From the NCBI GenBank assembly GCA_964016885.1, contig OZ024742.1:249984001-250048000 (forward strand): a stretch of 64,000 nt of DNA, read 5' to 3'. Each line of letters opens with the position of its first letter. The first letter of the stretch is position 1. This DNA is from Eledone cirrhosa (lineage: Eukaryota). The notes under the pieces were generated by a model, which saw only the letters and a list, made by a program, of their open reading frames with translations, was not told the DNA's origin and did not search any database. Of this stretch, positions 1 to 13,037 are shown piece by piece. Both the position numbers and the translations under genes were made by a program.

Positions 1-1257
1 ATATATATATATATATACACAAATATACAAACTCACACACACGAATAGAAAGACAATGGGTGGTCGTAGATGGAATGCTTTTGAATCATAGAATTGAATA
101 ACAAAAACATTAATAACACTATGTCTCTTAAATATTGAAGGATACGTTAGTTAATGTTACTGAAATAAAATGATATGGATGTGCCCGGCTAGAACGCCTT
201 TTATTATAGTTATGTAGTTCGAGAGCTGACCTGCGGCTAAACTACAAAAACAGACAACTTTTGTCTACGATTGTTTCACCGTAAAATGTTAAATATATTG
301 GCCATTAAACTTCATTAGGTAAGACTCGATCTCTGCTCCTCTTTATTTGATTGTTTAAATTCTTTACATACTCAGCACTGAAACTACCACATCTATCCTT
401 TTCTTCACATATACTATCAATACTTCTAAACAGCTTGCCCAACAAAACCTTAGATAGAGGATTTGAACCATCATCCCACTAGTATCAAATTATCTCCTCT
501 CTCGCTAGGACATTTATACTTGTCTTAACATATAATGTTAACAATTTTATACCAAACCGCATGAAACCGGCTGCTATTTATTTGAAAAACATTCTATTCT
601 CATTTTATGTAAGAAATTTGCTGGTATAATGAAAAAGGATGTGTTATATTACTAAATCCCTCTTAAATCTTGATTATTTTCAGAATTAATTGAAAATCAT
701 AGATAGTGATTTTCGTTAAAGATATGATAATGAAAAGTTAAATATCTAGACAATGAACTAGATAGGGGAAGATTCGAACATGTGTTCTATTGGTTTGAAA
801 GTTTCAAATCCCGTCTCCTCACATTGATCCTCATCTTACAATACACTTGTTTAAAGAGAATTAACTGTTTTTTCTTCCATCTGAATCTACGTTAGAGTTA
901 ACCCGATTAAAAGGTATTTGCGTGCTGAAATCTGAAGCATTCTCAGTGAGGGGTTTCTGGGGTTTTATTTATGGCTAAATCTAGCATAGAGTAATTTTAA
1001 TTACACATTCCAATGAGATTGCTTATTAAGGATATATTTGAGTGTGTACCCTTAATCTGTTAATAATATCGGATGAAAATAGTTATAAATCCTTCAGATT
1101 TGCCCTTAATCTACTCCTACATCACCTCGTTATTTGACATTCACTGTTAAGCATGTTTACTCAGAAATTAAATCGCCTAAACATTTCGCTAGATTTTATA
1201 ACACAGATATTTATTATTTCCGATGTTATGTTACATTTGTGGTCATATAGTAATATA

Positions 1258-1490
1258 TGTTAGTAAGTGGTTATGGTTTTTGGTTCTCGATCACAAGATC
1301 ATGAGTTCGATTCCAGGCAACGCATTGTGTCCTTGTGCAAGACAATTTATATCACGTTTCTACACTCCACTCAGCTGAAATATTTTATTGTGAAATTCAA
1401 AGAGCTAACATTGCCACGCCCTTTATCTTACTGAATGTCCCTGAGTATTCAACTAGCAAATTAATTTCTCGAGCAGCCTGTTCCGTTGAA
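1258..1490 (+). mobile_element. tRNA-derived SINE remnant (family B)
   Basis: A-box-like AGTGGTTA, B-box GAGTTCGATTCC, then GCATTGTGTCCTTGTGCAAGACA; a related copy lies on - at about 16540-16832. Confidence 0.55.
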
Positions 1491-1836
1491 CGAAGGTTCA
1501 AAACTATTTTCATGCCCACCCCTGCATATATGTAATCTTTTCTTAAAAACAAAAGCATTCATCACACAAATTCATTTTGCAGATGTTTTATTTCAGTTTG
1601 TTGCAAAGAAATATGGGTTTTGTTTTCTGGAATATCTCCATGATATGATTAAGATGTTCTTGCCAAAACTTTAGACCGTTTGTTTTTCACATTTATATTG
1701 AATATTTTCAATCTAAAACATCACGATGTCGGTTTTTAATCTCACAGATGCCAACCACAATGTAGAAAGCTGAGAGTTATAAATGTTGTTTGAGTGGGAC
1801 CAGGATTTATCTCTCTGTCTCACCTACACACACACA

Positions 1837-1936
<100 letters not shown>

Positions 1937-2100
1937 CATATAATGAATATTAAAACAAGGATTGTTATCAAAACAGTATGACTGTATTACGACTGCTACG
2001 CTAGACGAACAGGGGTGAATAAAGTTTATTACTGTAACAATAGCTCACTAGAATCAAGTAAATTAAAATAATTTGCCTTACATCTGTGTATGTATGTATG

Positions 2101-2154
<54 letters not shown>

Positions 2155-2472
2155 TAAAAATAATGAATAAAAACAAAGAAACAGTTCCTTATATTAAAAA
2201 ATTCATCATTTTACGATCGTTTCTAGCATATATATGTGTGTGTTGGTATGTATATCATATAGCTCTATGTAAAATTTTTACAAACTATAAGGAACTGTTT
2301 CTTTGTTTTTATTCATTATTTTTATTAATTTATCTTGACTCTGTTTTCCTGTGTTTTTCATCGAAAATATTTTGAATACATCTTCTCTTTTCATGATATT
2401 TGGATTACATTGAGTTCTTCATACGGATTGAACACTACCGTATATTTTGGTAGATTTATCTCTCTCTCTCTC

Positions 2473-2505
<33 letters not shown>

Positions 2506-3271
2506 GGAGTGAGAGTGAGAAGTATTATGTATATGGATGTGTGTGCATATATGCATGTGGTTGTGTTTGTCTATGAATGTATTTATGTCTCTTAACTTAG
2601 CCGTTCGACAAAAAAGATAATCGAAAAAATAAATACCACACTTATTGAAATAAGCACTGGGGTCGATCTGATCTACTAACTCCATATATTTTGTCGAAAG
2701 TTGAACGAGTAGAATGACACCTGCGGGACAAGGAACTGAAAATAATACGACAACGCCTTTCGTCTAACGCGCTCTAACACCCCCTGCCAATTGTTCCTTA
2801 GTATAATTATATACAACTCACTCACAGAAATAGCAGTTATGTAGGTGTCTAGGTAAGTGTGAATGCATTGGGGAAATGTGTGTGTACATCGGTTAGAAAT
2901 CAGCTAAATCGGTGATTTTGATAAAAATCACCGTGTGTTCTCTGCCAATGTTAACACAGTCACACCCTTGCAATTCACGCCATCAGAAATGCTGTGAACC
3001 ATTGAGTGATCCCATCTGACAACTCATAACATACGATGCTATTACATACAGTAGCTAATATATTGCTTTATTTAATAATGGTTTCTTATATAGGCATAAG
3101 GCCAGCAATTTTGGGCGAGTGGAAAGGATTACTCTATCGCCTATACACTCAAAATAGTATTATGAAAGGTGTATCAAGCTGCTGGAAGAGATACACGATA
3201 AACTGATGGAATAAAGCTATTCGATTAAAGCTGATATGGGGGTAAACAAAAACAGCAATAATACCGAAAAT

Positions 3272-3491
3272 AATGTACTCTGATTTAGGCACAAGGTCAA
3301 CAATCTTTGAGGAGGGGAAAGGCGATTAAATCGAACCCAGTGTGTGACTGGTACTGTATTTTATCAACCCCGTAAATATGAAAGGCAAAGTTAACCGCAG
3401 TGGGATTTGAACACAGATCCTAAAGGGTCGTAACTCTATGCTGCAAATCATGGCGTCCCACCCCTCTACCGATTCTGTTAATCCACCGCGC
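3272..3491 (-). mobile_element. tRNA-derived SINE (family A), diverged
   Basis: Reverse complement of the family A core (GTTCAAATCCC...TTTGCCTTTCAT...GATAAAATACAGTACCAG) seen more than 10 times in the window. Confidence 0.7.
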
Positions 3492-3505
3492 TATTGCATT
3501 ATTTA

Positions 3506-3635
3506 ATAATTGTTTCTACTTTTTGGCACAAGGCCAGAAATACCCAGTACATTACTGGTACTTTATTTTATCGACCCCGTAAGGATGAAAGGCAAAGTTA
3601 ACCTCGGCAGGATTTGAACTCAGATCATAAAGGGA
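3506..3635 (-). mobile_element. SINE family A, 5'-truncated
   Basis: Revcomp reads GAGTTCAAATCCTGCCGAGGTTAACTTTGCCTTTCATCCTTACGGGGTCGATAAAATAAAGTACCAG...CCAAAAAGTAGAAACAATTA. Confidence 0.85.
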
Positions 3636-4486
3636 CATAATAACAGCGAACAATAGAAATTACATTTGAGAGATAAATAAATAAAAATATTATGGAACAT
3701 ATATTACGACATCTAAATTTTTCACTCACACACTGATGGAAAATATTGGACATATCACTGTTATGTCCTTGAATTAGTCGTTCTTTTGGGTCTTACAACA
3801 AAAGCAACAATCCAAATATGTTAGTGAAATAAATGGAAAATAAAAGATACAAAGTTAACACAACAGATACTAGAAATATCTAACAAAATGGCGGAATGTA
3901 ACAAGTATTAAATTTCATTGACATCAAAGCTTGAGAACTAAACTAGCATACTTAGTGCTGATATCTAGCATTACGCCATATTTTCTTTGTGTAATCTTTA
4001 TTAAAAGCTATGCAATGATGTCGGCCTTTCTTTTATTATATTTTCTTATAAAACAACGAAAGCATACCTGGAACATACACAACTATTATGTGTGTGTGTA
4101 TATATATATATATGTATATATATATAGCATTGTAACGCCTCCTCTTGCCACCACGGAATCTGTTGATATCAAAGAGTGGCAGGAAATGTAAAACATATTG
4201 AAAACGTCAGCAGACTTGAGAATACATGCTGAGGTGCTAATTTGTCTAGAGGGCACAACAAATACGATCTTTATTAATATTGCAGCCAGATGTTCAAAGC
4301 ATACTTTATCAAAACTTGCCCCTTACAAACTGATAAATCTCAAAATTAAGCAGCTGTGATTTTTAATCATAGTAACAACGAAACAAAACGAAAACGAAAA
4401 CGAAGATGTATTTAGTTAAGAATATATGAAGCATATATATGTATATGGAGGTTGCATGTATGTGTCTGTGTACGTGTATATATGTA

Positions 4487-4530
<44 letters not shown>

Positions 4531-4533
4531 TAC

Positions 4534-4573
<40 letters not shown>

Positions 4574-4711
4574 CATTACATATTCCTTTTACATTTTATA
4601 CAGCTAACATTTTCACTATTGTGTTCTATCTTAAACAATTATATCACGTCTACAATTTTATGAAATTGTACTTCTCCATAGAAGTCTCTAATTTATGATG
4701 AATATATATAC

Positions 4712-4773
<62 letters not shown>

Positions 4774-4814
4774 TTATGTTTGTGTGTGTTTTGATGTACA
4801 TATGTAAGTAAGTA

Positions 4815-5150
4815 TGATGGTATCCAATGATGTTGACTTGTTCTTCTTTTTGGTAAATATCATCTTGGTTAAGAGAGTGAGACTGGCTTTCTGCAGTGCC
4901 TTTGCTCACTATAAAAGCTTCACGGCACAGGCATTGCTTTATATCTGGAGATCTCTCTGCACTTGTCGTCACATGGTACCATGGGCCCAGCACTATGTGT
5001 CAATAATTGTCACAAGTGTAGTGTTTGTACCAGAGTTTTCAAGTCTCTGGCTGGACTAAAAAGTCACACTCGTTCAGCTCATCGGTAGGGGTTCTCCTAC
5101 ATAGATATAAAGTAGTGGCCGTACTCGAAAACGAGTTGGCAGCCACCATG
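4815..5150 (+). mobile_element. Non-autonomous bipartite RTE-derived element, 5'-truncated copy
   Basis: Near-identical to 37475-37810; RTE 5'UTR-like part fused to a C2H2 finger CSVCTRVFKSLAGLKSHTRSAHR*; (TATG)-like tail. Confidence 0.75.
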
Positions 5151-5199
5151 CATATATGTATGGATGAATGTACGTATGTGGATATAGAGGATTCAAAAG

Positions 5200-5850
5200 A
5201 CAGACCTGCAAGTATTAAAATGGTGTTAATTTGGATGATGGGAATGTGTTGTCAGGCGCTCGGTGGCGTTGAGTACCAGACATGGCACCATGTAAGTAGC
5301 TACAAAGTAGTGCAGCACACGATTCTTTTTTTAAACGGTGATTTCCGCTGTTAAAATGTTTACTACGTACTTATAGGATCTTGTGTTCGATCCAACCTGT
5401 TCTATATCTTGAACAATTGCCTTTTCTATGCCTTCTAGTCGACCCAAGCTTAAAGATGGAAACTGTACGGAAAGCCGTCGGGTGAAATTGCAGATGTAAT
5501 TGAAATGTCCAGCCATGTCAGATATTGTAATACAGAGAACCTCCATGAGTATTATGTTAAAGCAGGCTTGGTCAACCTTTTTCAAGCAGAGTGTGCATAT
5601 AGGATGTGGCTCATCATATTGCAGGCGCACTACTAAAATATTCAAGACAATTGTGAAATTAGGTGTGCCAAAGCAGTCACCGTTTACGCACGACTGTATT
5701 AAAAGATATTCGAAGTATGCATGTCTGTGAAAGACTAATACAATATGATATCTGCTTGTAATTCAACGTGTTAGTGAAATACACAGCCACTTACACTCTA
5801 ATTCAATGACGAGGTAATGCAGTTATTTGAAATGCTCTTCGTCGAAACTA
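5200..5850 (-). mobile_element. Possible highly decayed LINE (CR1/L2-like) RT C-terminal fragment
   Basis: Only a weak motif resemblance (SVQFPSLSLGRLEGIEKAI) in non-repetitive sequence. Confidence 0.3.
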
Positions 5851-5944
5851 ACGTGGGAGCGGTTTATTATTTTCTATATACTTTTTTATTGACATTTAGA
5901 AGTATTGTATATGATTTATAAGTGTGGTGGAAGGTGATTGTTGG

Positions 5945-5987
5945 AGTAGTAGTAGTAGTAGTGGTAGTAGTAGTAGTAGTGGTAGTG

Positions 5988-6024
<37 letters not shown>

Positions 6025-6042
6025 TAGTAGTAGTATTATTAT

Positions 6043-6078
<36 letters not shown>

Positions 6079-6196
6079 TGGTAGTAGTAGTGGTGGTAGT
6101 AGTAGTGGTGGTAGTAGTAGTAGTAGTAGTAACAGCAGCAGCAGCAGCAACATCAGCAGTAGTAGAAGTAGCAGCAGCAGCATCAGCAGCAACAGC

Positions 6197-6227
<31 letters not shown>

Positions 6228-6332
6228 ACAGCAGAGGCAGCAGCAGCAGTAGTAGTAGTAGTAGTAGCAGCTGCTGCAGCAGTAGTAGTAGTAGTAGTAG
6301 TTGTAGTAGTAGTAGTAGTAGTGCTAGTAGTG

Positions 6333-6366
<34 letters not shown>

Positions 6367-6621
6367 TGGTAGTAGTAGTAGTAACAGCAGCAGCAGCAGC
6401 AGTAGTAGTAGCAGCAGCAGTAGTAGTAGTAGTAGTAGCAGCAGTAGTAGTAGTAGTAGTAATAGTAGTGGTAGTGGTAGTGGTAGTGGTAGTAGTAGTA
6501 GTAACAGCAGCAGCAGCAGCAATAGTAGTAGTAGTAGTAGTAGCAGCTGCAGCAGTAGTAGTAGTAGTAGTGGTAGTGGTAGTAGTAGTAGTAGTAGTAG
6601 TAGCAGTAGTAGTAGTAGTAA

Positions 6622-6684
<63 letters not shown>

Positions 6685-7250
6685 CAGCTGCAGTAGTAGT
6701 AGTAGCAGCAGCAGTAGTAGTAGTAGTAGTAGTAGTGGTAGTGGTGGTAGTAGTAGTAGTAGTAGTGGTAGTAGTGGTAGTAGTAGTAGTAGCGGTGGCG
6801 GTGGAAGTCCTATGCCTGCAGTTGTTATTACAAGGAAGAAATGTAAAGAAATCGGAAAATAATCTACTGTTACAGCTGATGATGATGGTGAGGGGCGGTG
6901 GTGGTGGTGGTGGTGATAGTAGTGGTGGTGGTGGTGGTGGTAGTTGATGTGATAATGGTGGAGGTGATAGTGGTGTGGTGGTGGTGGTGGTAGTTGATGT
7001 GATGATGGTGGTGGTGATAGTGGTGTGGTGGTGGTGGTGGTAGTTGATGTGATGATGGTGGTGGTGGTTGTGGTTGTGGTGGTGATAGTTGATGGGATCA
7101 TGGTGGGGGTGATGGTGATGGTAATGGTGAGGGTGATGGTAATGGGAATGGTGGAGGTGATAGTGGGGGTTATATTGGTATTGTGGATGTTGGTGGTGAT
7201 GGTGGTGGTTATGTTGGTGATTTTCCTGGTGGTGATGATGATGGCAGTGA
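5945..7250. repeat. Compound trinucleotide microsatellite (AGT)n/(AGC)n/(GGT)n/(GAT)n
   Basis: Read directly; it produces the poly-L, poly-V and poly-S ORFs. Confidence 0.95.
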
Positions 7251-7271
7251 TATGAATTTAATCATAATAAT

Positions 7272-7358
7272 TGTTTCTACTTTAGGCACAAGGCCAGCAA
7301 TTACCCAGTACATTACTGGTACTTTATTTTATCGACCCCGTAAGGATGAGAGGCAAAG
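7272..7358 (-). mobile_element. SINE family A, 5'-truncated, with 14-bp TSD
   Basis: TTAATCATAATAAT at 7258-7271 and 7359-7372. Confidence 0.85.
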
Positions 7359-7520
7359 TTAATCATAATAATGTTGATAGTATCAACTAGTAATGGTGGA
7401 AGTAGCACCGTGCTACATATATTATATACAGTAGAATGTGGTATAACATTTTTTCCGATTCCGTCCTGCCTGTTCCTTCAATCTTTCTAATTTATCGTTC
7501 CTAGTATATATATATATATA

Positions 7521-8808
7521 CTAGCTGGCCCGTCCGTCCGACTGGCGTCCGGCTAGGTATACCAGCATTTTATCTTTTCAGGAATCCCCCCTCCTTCCAG
7601 TGCAAAGATACCGCACGCCCTCTCCAATCTTTAAGATTGGTGGGAGTTAACGTGCTCTGATGTTGGGTTTGAATAGTTTTTGAGATTCCTCTGTTCAGCA
7701 GCCAGTATGTTAAAGAAAATTGATAGTTGCAACAATAAAGAGAACCAATTTTTTAACAAACAATAATTTGTACAACCATAATGGAAATTCCAAGTAACAG
7801 AAAATATTTAAATTACATTGTTAGAGCCTCAGAGTATACAATATTTTTTCTTCGACCCTCCTGAAGAGATTGTTTGGCGAGCTCACCCTAGAGCATCCTA
7901 CATCTGTTTTCCCAGATGAAGGCCAGACACTTTTAGGGTTTGATCCTGAGCTTCGTTGATAGTAATCGCGAAGCTTAGTCTTATTGGAAACTGAAGTCGC
8001 TTAACATGTCCTGTAATTGGCGAATGATTTCAAGTCTGGTTCCTGAGATGGCCCGATGGCGACGTATCGCTTGTGAATCTGCATCTCCAATGAAGTAGAT
8101 TTGCAAAAACTTGTGGTCTTCATCGGTCAGAGGTAGGAGCTTCCAATCGTGTAGTACACTTGGCCCTGTACTTTAAATGTGAGCATATATCCGTGCTTTC
8201 GTGAAATAAATATGTTTTTGTTTTTGTGTATGCAAAAATATCTGTACAGGAATATATATATTAAAATAACATTAAAGTTTAAGCAAAGAATCGATGCTTT
8301 CACCCTTAACGGGATCTTCTGAAACTAAAAAAATCAATCTGTGAACACGGAAGTAAATATTTCGAAAAACGTTATCTAATGCAGACAGCCAGACATACGG
8401 AGACATATTATATGGGCGCTACGTTACTGCTATGTATATATCTAAAGAGATAGACTAAGAAAAAGAGAGGAATGTTGTGCGACGTCATAGCTATGTATCT
8501 AATGCAGGCAGCCAGACATACAGAGACATGTTATAAGGGCGCGATATTATAGCTATGTATCTATCTAAAAAGACAGACGAAGAAAAAGTGAAGAATGTCG
8601 TATAACTGGAAGTTTTGACATTTGAAATTTTAAAGAAGTGAATATTTAAATAATGTGTTTAATCTTTAACAAAATTCAGTAGACAAAAATACCATCACTT
8701 TTTTACTTTGAAAAAGTTGCATCTTTGGTGCAAATTTGGTGTTGTTTGGTCCAACTGTTTGGCGAAAATTATGTTGCATACATACGGCTGTCAGCTTTAT
8801 ATTATAGA
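7521..8808 (-). mobile_element. Non-autonomous Helitron (internally deleted RepHel)
   Basis: 5' A|TCTATAATATAAAG; 3' GC-rich hairpin then CTAG|T; remnants FKVQGQVYYTIGS and KFLQIYFIGD (RepHel N-terminal) joined to KRLQFPIRLSFAITINEAQDQTL, VGCSRV and KNIVYSEAL* (PIF1 helicase C-terminus). Confidence 0.9.
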
Positions 8809-8810
8809 TT

Positions 8811-9001
8811 GGCATTGTGGATTGGCAGTATCGATAGAGAGTCGGACGCCATGCTTTCCAGCATAGTTACGTCCCTTTACGATCTGAGTTCAAATCCCGC
8901 CAAGGTTGACTTTGCCTTTCATCCTTACGGGGTCGATAAAATAAAGTACCAGTAATGCACTGGGTAATTGCTGGCCTTGTGCCTAAAGTAGAAACAATTA
9001 T
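8811..9001 (+). mobile_element. SINE family A
   Basis: B-box GAGTTCAAATCC, core GCCTTTCATCCTTACGGGGTCGATAAAATAAAGTACCAG, end GTAGAAACAATTA. Confidence 0.9.
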
Positions 9002-9387
9002 AGATATATATGTATGTGTGTATGTATAAATTTGAGCTGACTAGATATTCGATTAATGGAAGATCCTACTGACGAAATTGAGCATTACAGGCGTGCCTTT
9101 AACGTAATTCTCAGTGGGATTCAGTTTGATACATAGCATAACAAGGCTGGCACTTTGAATTACATGTACAGTCCATTTGATAGACTTACAAGCAGTTTCC
9201 GTCTACCTAATTTCATTCACAAGGCTTTAGGGGACACGAGGCTGAAGTAAAAGTCTCTTACCCAAGATGCTACACAGTCGGATCGAAACCTTCACATAAT
9301 GATTGCTACACACAATTGCTACACACAATTCACACACACAATTTTCATTATATTATATTAAACACACACACACACACACACATACAC

Positions 9388-9421
<34 letters not shown>

Positions 9422-9573
9422 TTCCGCTCCCTAACTAGGTGAGCTTATAAGTTGGGTGTATTTAGGCTGTTGTTTCTAGCCAATCCACACGCGCTACTTT
9501 GGACTTCTTGCGCACGAGGTGAAATATTTATTCGTGTAGCTTTTAGTTTTAGGTGTTTGTCACGTTTGATCTT

Positions 9574-9661
9574 ATCTCTCGCTGATGATGCCTACAGATT
9601 ATCTCTTACGAACACAATTCCCAGGGCGAAACAGATTAAATCTCTAATCTGTCCGGGAGAT
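9574..9661 (+). ncRNA. Type I hammerhead ribozyme motif with complete stems
   Basis: Stem I ATCTCTCG/CGGGAGAT; CUGAUGA 9582-88; stem II GCCT/GGGC; GAAA 9628-31; stem III CAGATTA/TAATCTG; GUC site 9651-53. Confidence 0.8.
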
Positions 9662-9795
9662 GAAATAGTTATTGAAACGGTCTGTACATTTTACTCTTTA
9701 TCCTGTATTTTCCGTTTGCTTCAGGTTAAATCTGTCAAACCAACGTGGTATCTCAACCCTCGTAATTTTAAACACACAATTTACTGTGTTTATTA

Positions 9796-9905
<110 letters not shown>

Positions 9906-10117
9906 AAGGTATATAATGAATTAGAAACTCAAAATAGTCTCTTACAATAAAATAACTCTAGGAAAGAGATTTTTCCGAGCCGTATATTATAATTGAATAT
10001 AAAAGAAAAATGAACACAGATATATAAGTTCAGATACCATGTGCGTTATTATATATACGCACACTATTCAGTTTTTTAATATACTTAGAAGTGTCCAGGA
10101 TACTAATTCTTCACCCA

Positions 10118-10183
10118 CTGATGAGCAAGAATTGGTATTCGTCTTTACAATTAATTTTGCGAAACAGCATTACCAAAGTTGTA
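10118..10183 (+). ncRNA. Degenerate hammerhead motif
   Basis: CUGAUGA, stem II GCAA/TTGC, GAAA, stem III CAGC/GTTG, GUA; stem I does not pair. Confidence 0.5.
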
Positions 10184-10959
10184 TTTACCACAATTCCGGT
10201 TTGTATTTATTTGCTTGATTTATTCTGAAAATTGAGTCTGGCATACCGTATTGTCTATAGTTAGTATTCTTTTCACCTTAGCGAATCTGGTCCCTTACGA
10301 TTTGAACACATATATGTATATATCAGTGCTCGTTTTTCTTTTATATTCAATTATAATATATATATATAATCAGAAATCTATGGAAGAAAAAGCGAGACAT
10401 TTAAAAACAAGATTTAAATGTTACACAGTTTTTCGTCTTCAAGTACATTTATAATACAGTAGGTAGACATACACATATATGTGTGTATATATATTCCAGT
10501 AGAGATGCACTTATTAGACTCATCGGAGAAAAATTATTGTTCTTAAAGATGTTGCTGGAGGGAAAGTGCAATTCGTACGACAACAAAGTAAGGCTACACA
10601 TTCATGATACTTTTATTCTTTAAGAAATATGCTTGGAGGTATAAGAACTCAAAAACGTTCATGGTCTGTCCGTTATCTCCTTATAATATATAACCAGCAA
10701 TTTCTCTGTCTGTCTATCTGACAGTGGAAACACGTGCGCGCGTGGTTGCTATCTCTCTCTCTCTCCAGCTATCCCTCTCTTTTAGTCTGTCTGTTTCTCT
10801 CACTCTCACTCTTTCTCTTTGTAACACGCTAACATTCCTCCCCTCTATCGCTGTGACGAATGGGGAGATGGAGGAGGAGGAGGAGGAGAGAGTCACTTCG
10901 TCACTTCACCTCTGCCTTTCTTTCTCTCCCCTCTCACTCCCTCATTACGTACATACATT

Positions 10960-11152
10960 AGGGCGGTGGATTGGCAGAATCTGTAGAGAGTAGGAAACCA
11001 TGCTTCATAGCATGGAGTTACGTCCCTTTATGGTCTGAGTTCAAATACCGCCGAGGTTAACTTTGCCTTTCACCCTCATGGGGTCGATAAAATAAAGTAC
11101 CAGTAATGTACTGGGTTATTGCTGGCCTTGTGCCAAAAGTAGAAACAATTAT
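10960..11152 (+). mobile_element. SINE family A, near full length
   Basis: GGCGGTGGATTGGCAGAATC...GAGTTCAAATACCGCCGAGG...GTAGAAACAATTA. Confidence 0.9.
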
Positions 11153-11271
11153 TAGAAACATTGCTTCATTTTTACATATCTAAGCATTAGTAAAATAACT
11201 AATAATTTCAAAAGTAATTTTTCAATTCCAATTGTTATGAACAGCAAAACATTAATAATAATTTTGTTCTA

Positions 11272-11473
11272 AGAAATATATATACATTTCTGTGTGTGTA
11301 ATATATATATATACACACACACAGAAATATATATACATTTCTGTGTGTGTAATATATATATATATACACACAGAAATATATATACATTTCTGTGTGTGTA
11401 ATATATATATATATACCCATACAGAAATATATATATATACACACAGAAATATATATACATTTCTGTGTGTGTA

Positions 11474-11506
<33 letters not shown>

Positions 11507-11515
11507 GAAATATAT
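11272..11515. repeat. Minisatellite of about 4 self-complementary units (ACACAGAAAT-ATATATAC-ATTTCTGTGT)
   Basis: Read directly. Confidence 0.85.
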
Positions 11516-12050
11516 GGGCATTTCTCTGTTTGTCTGTCTGTCTGTCCTTCCCTAAAACTCAAATGTAGGTGCTACAGAAATATTACCTTCCCCTTTCTTT
11601 CTCCACTTTGGTACTACCAAGAGAAACACTGTCGCTATAGAAACATTACCTTCCTCTCTCCACTGACTTTGGTCACTGAGGCCGAGGGAATCGCTGGTTG
11701 TTATACAGACACCTTGCACAAGCCAGAAGTAACCAGTTCGAGGCGGTTCTGACTTGACACCATGCCAAGGACCATTTGAAGATATATTTCCATCGTTATA
11801 TCATAACGTTTATGTATCATAACGTTTATATTTCCGTCACTAATCCCTTTTTCTCCTTTTCGTTTTAACATATATTTATTTCAAAGATTTCACCGTATAG
11901 ATAACATATATATTTATACATGCATAAAAGACACACCGAGAGACGGTGAACATATGGTGCCGAAAACATTTCTCATCCAAATCTCAACAATATCAGTATA
12001 TACACTAGATTTGCTAGCAGAAAACCGCCCACCGGCTGGTTTTCTGCTAG

Positions 12051-12512
12051 TCTATATATCTAAAACAGAGAATGTCTGTCTGTCTGTCTGACTCCCTAAA
12101 ACTCAAGGTGGCTTCACTTTTTATTAGGATTTCTGCATCAACTGGTGAACATACGACGAAACATTGAAAGGAGTAAGACCACACCACTCTCCACCACTGC
12201 AGTCCCACATGCTTACTGCTCTGTAACTATTTCTTTCATTGTACCATAGCACAACAAATACATGTTTAGTTTGTCGAATGCCTTTTTATTTAACCCTATT
12301 TTCTTGGCTTTCGTAGGTTGAACATTTTATTCTCAGGCACCCAATTAAGTTAAACACCTGGTAAACTACGACGAATTTGTTTCATAAGCACAAAATGTAG
12401 ACACCATCTCCAGGCCGAGATATACCGGACTTCTCTGTACTGTTTCAGAAACGAGGGATAAACATGCCAATCTATGTTTAGAATCCCGAGCAACGCCGGA
12501 CCATTCTGCTAG
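12051..12512 (+). mobile_element. Non-autonomous Helitron unit 1 of a head-to-tail array
   Basis: Starts TCTATATATCTAAAACAGAG; ends CCCGAGCAACGCCGGACCATTCTGCTAG; preceded by another hairpin + CTAG end at 12014-12050. Confidence 0.8.
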
Positions 12513-12949
12513 TCTATATATCTAAAACAGAGAATGTCTGTCTGACTCCCTAAATCTCGAGAACCACCCAACCGAATTTTTTCAAACTTTACACATGTAA
12601 TACTTATGGTCGTGTGAGTGTTTTCAGCAAAGAATATTTCAAAGTTTCCATGCCCTAGAGACCGCATTAGGCGCCGGTAACGATCTCTCTATATACTTCT
12701 TAGTCTGTCTTTTTAGATAGATACATAGCTACAACGTCGCGCCCTTATCATATCTGTCTGTAGGTATGGCTGTCTGCATTACAACATTATGACACTATCT
12801 GTGTGTATATATGTATATATAGTGTGTGTGTGTATATATATATATAGTGTGAAACGTTTTTCGAAATATTTACTTCTGCGTTCACAGATTGATTTTTTTT
12901 AGTTTCAGAAGATCCCGTTAAGGGTGAAAGCAGCGATTCTTTAATGTGT

Positions 12950-13037
<88 letters not shown>

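Noticed and set aside
5896-7255. Long poly-Leu, poly-Val and poly-Ser ORFs (312-401 aa)
   Set aside because: Trinucleotide microsatellite open in several frames on both strands; no domain or splice evidence
8811-9001. tRNA genes at B-box motifs
   Set aside because: No cloverleaf; each continues into the SINE body and several have TSDs
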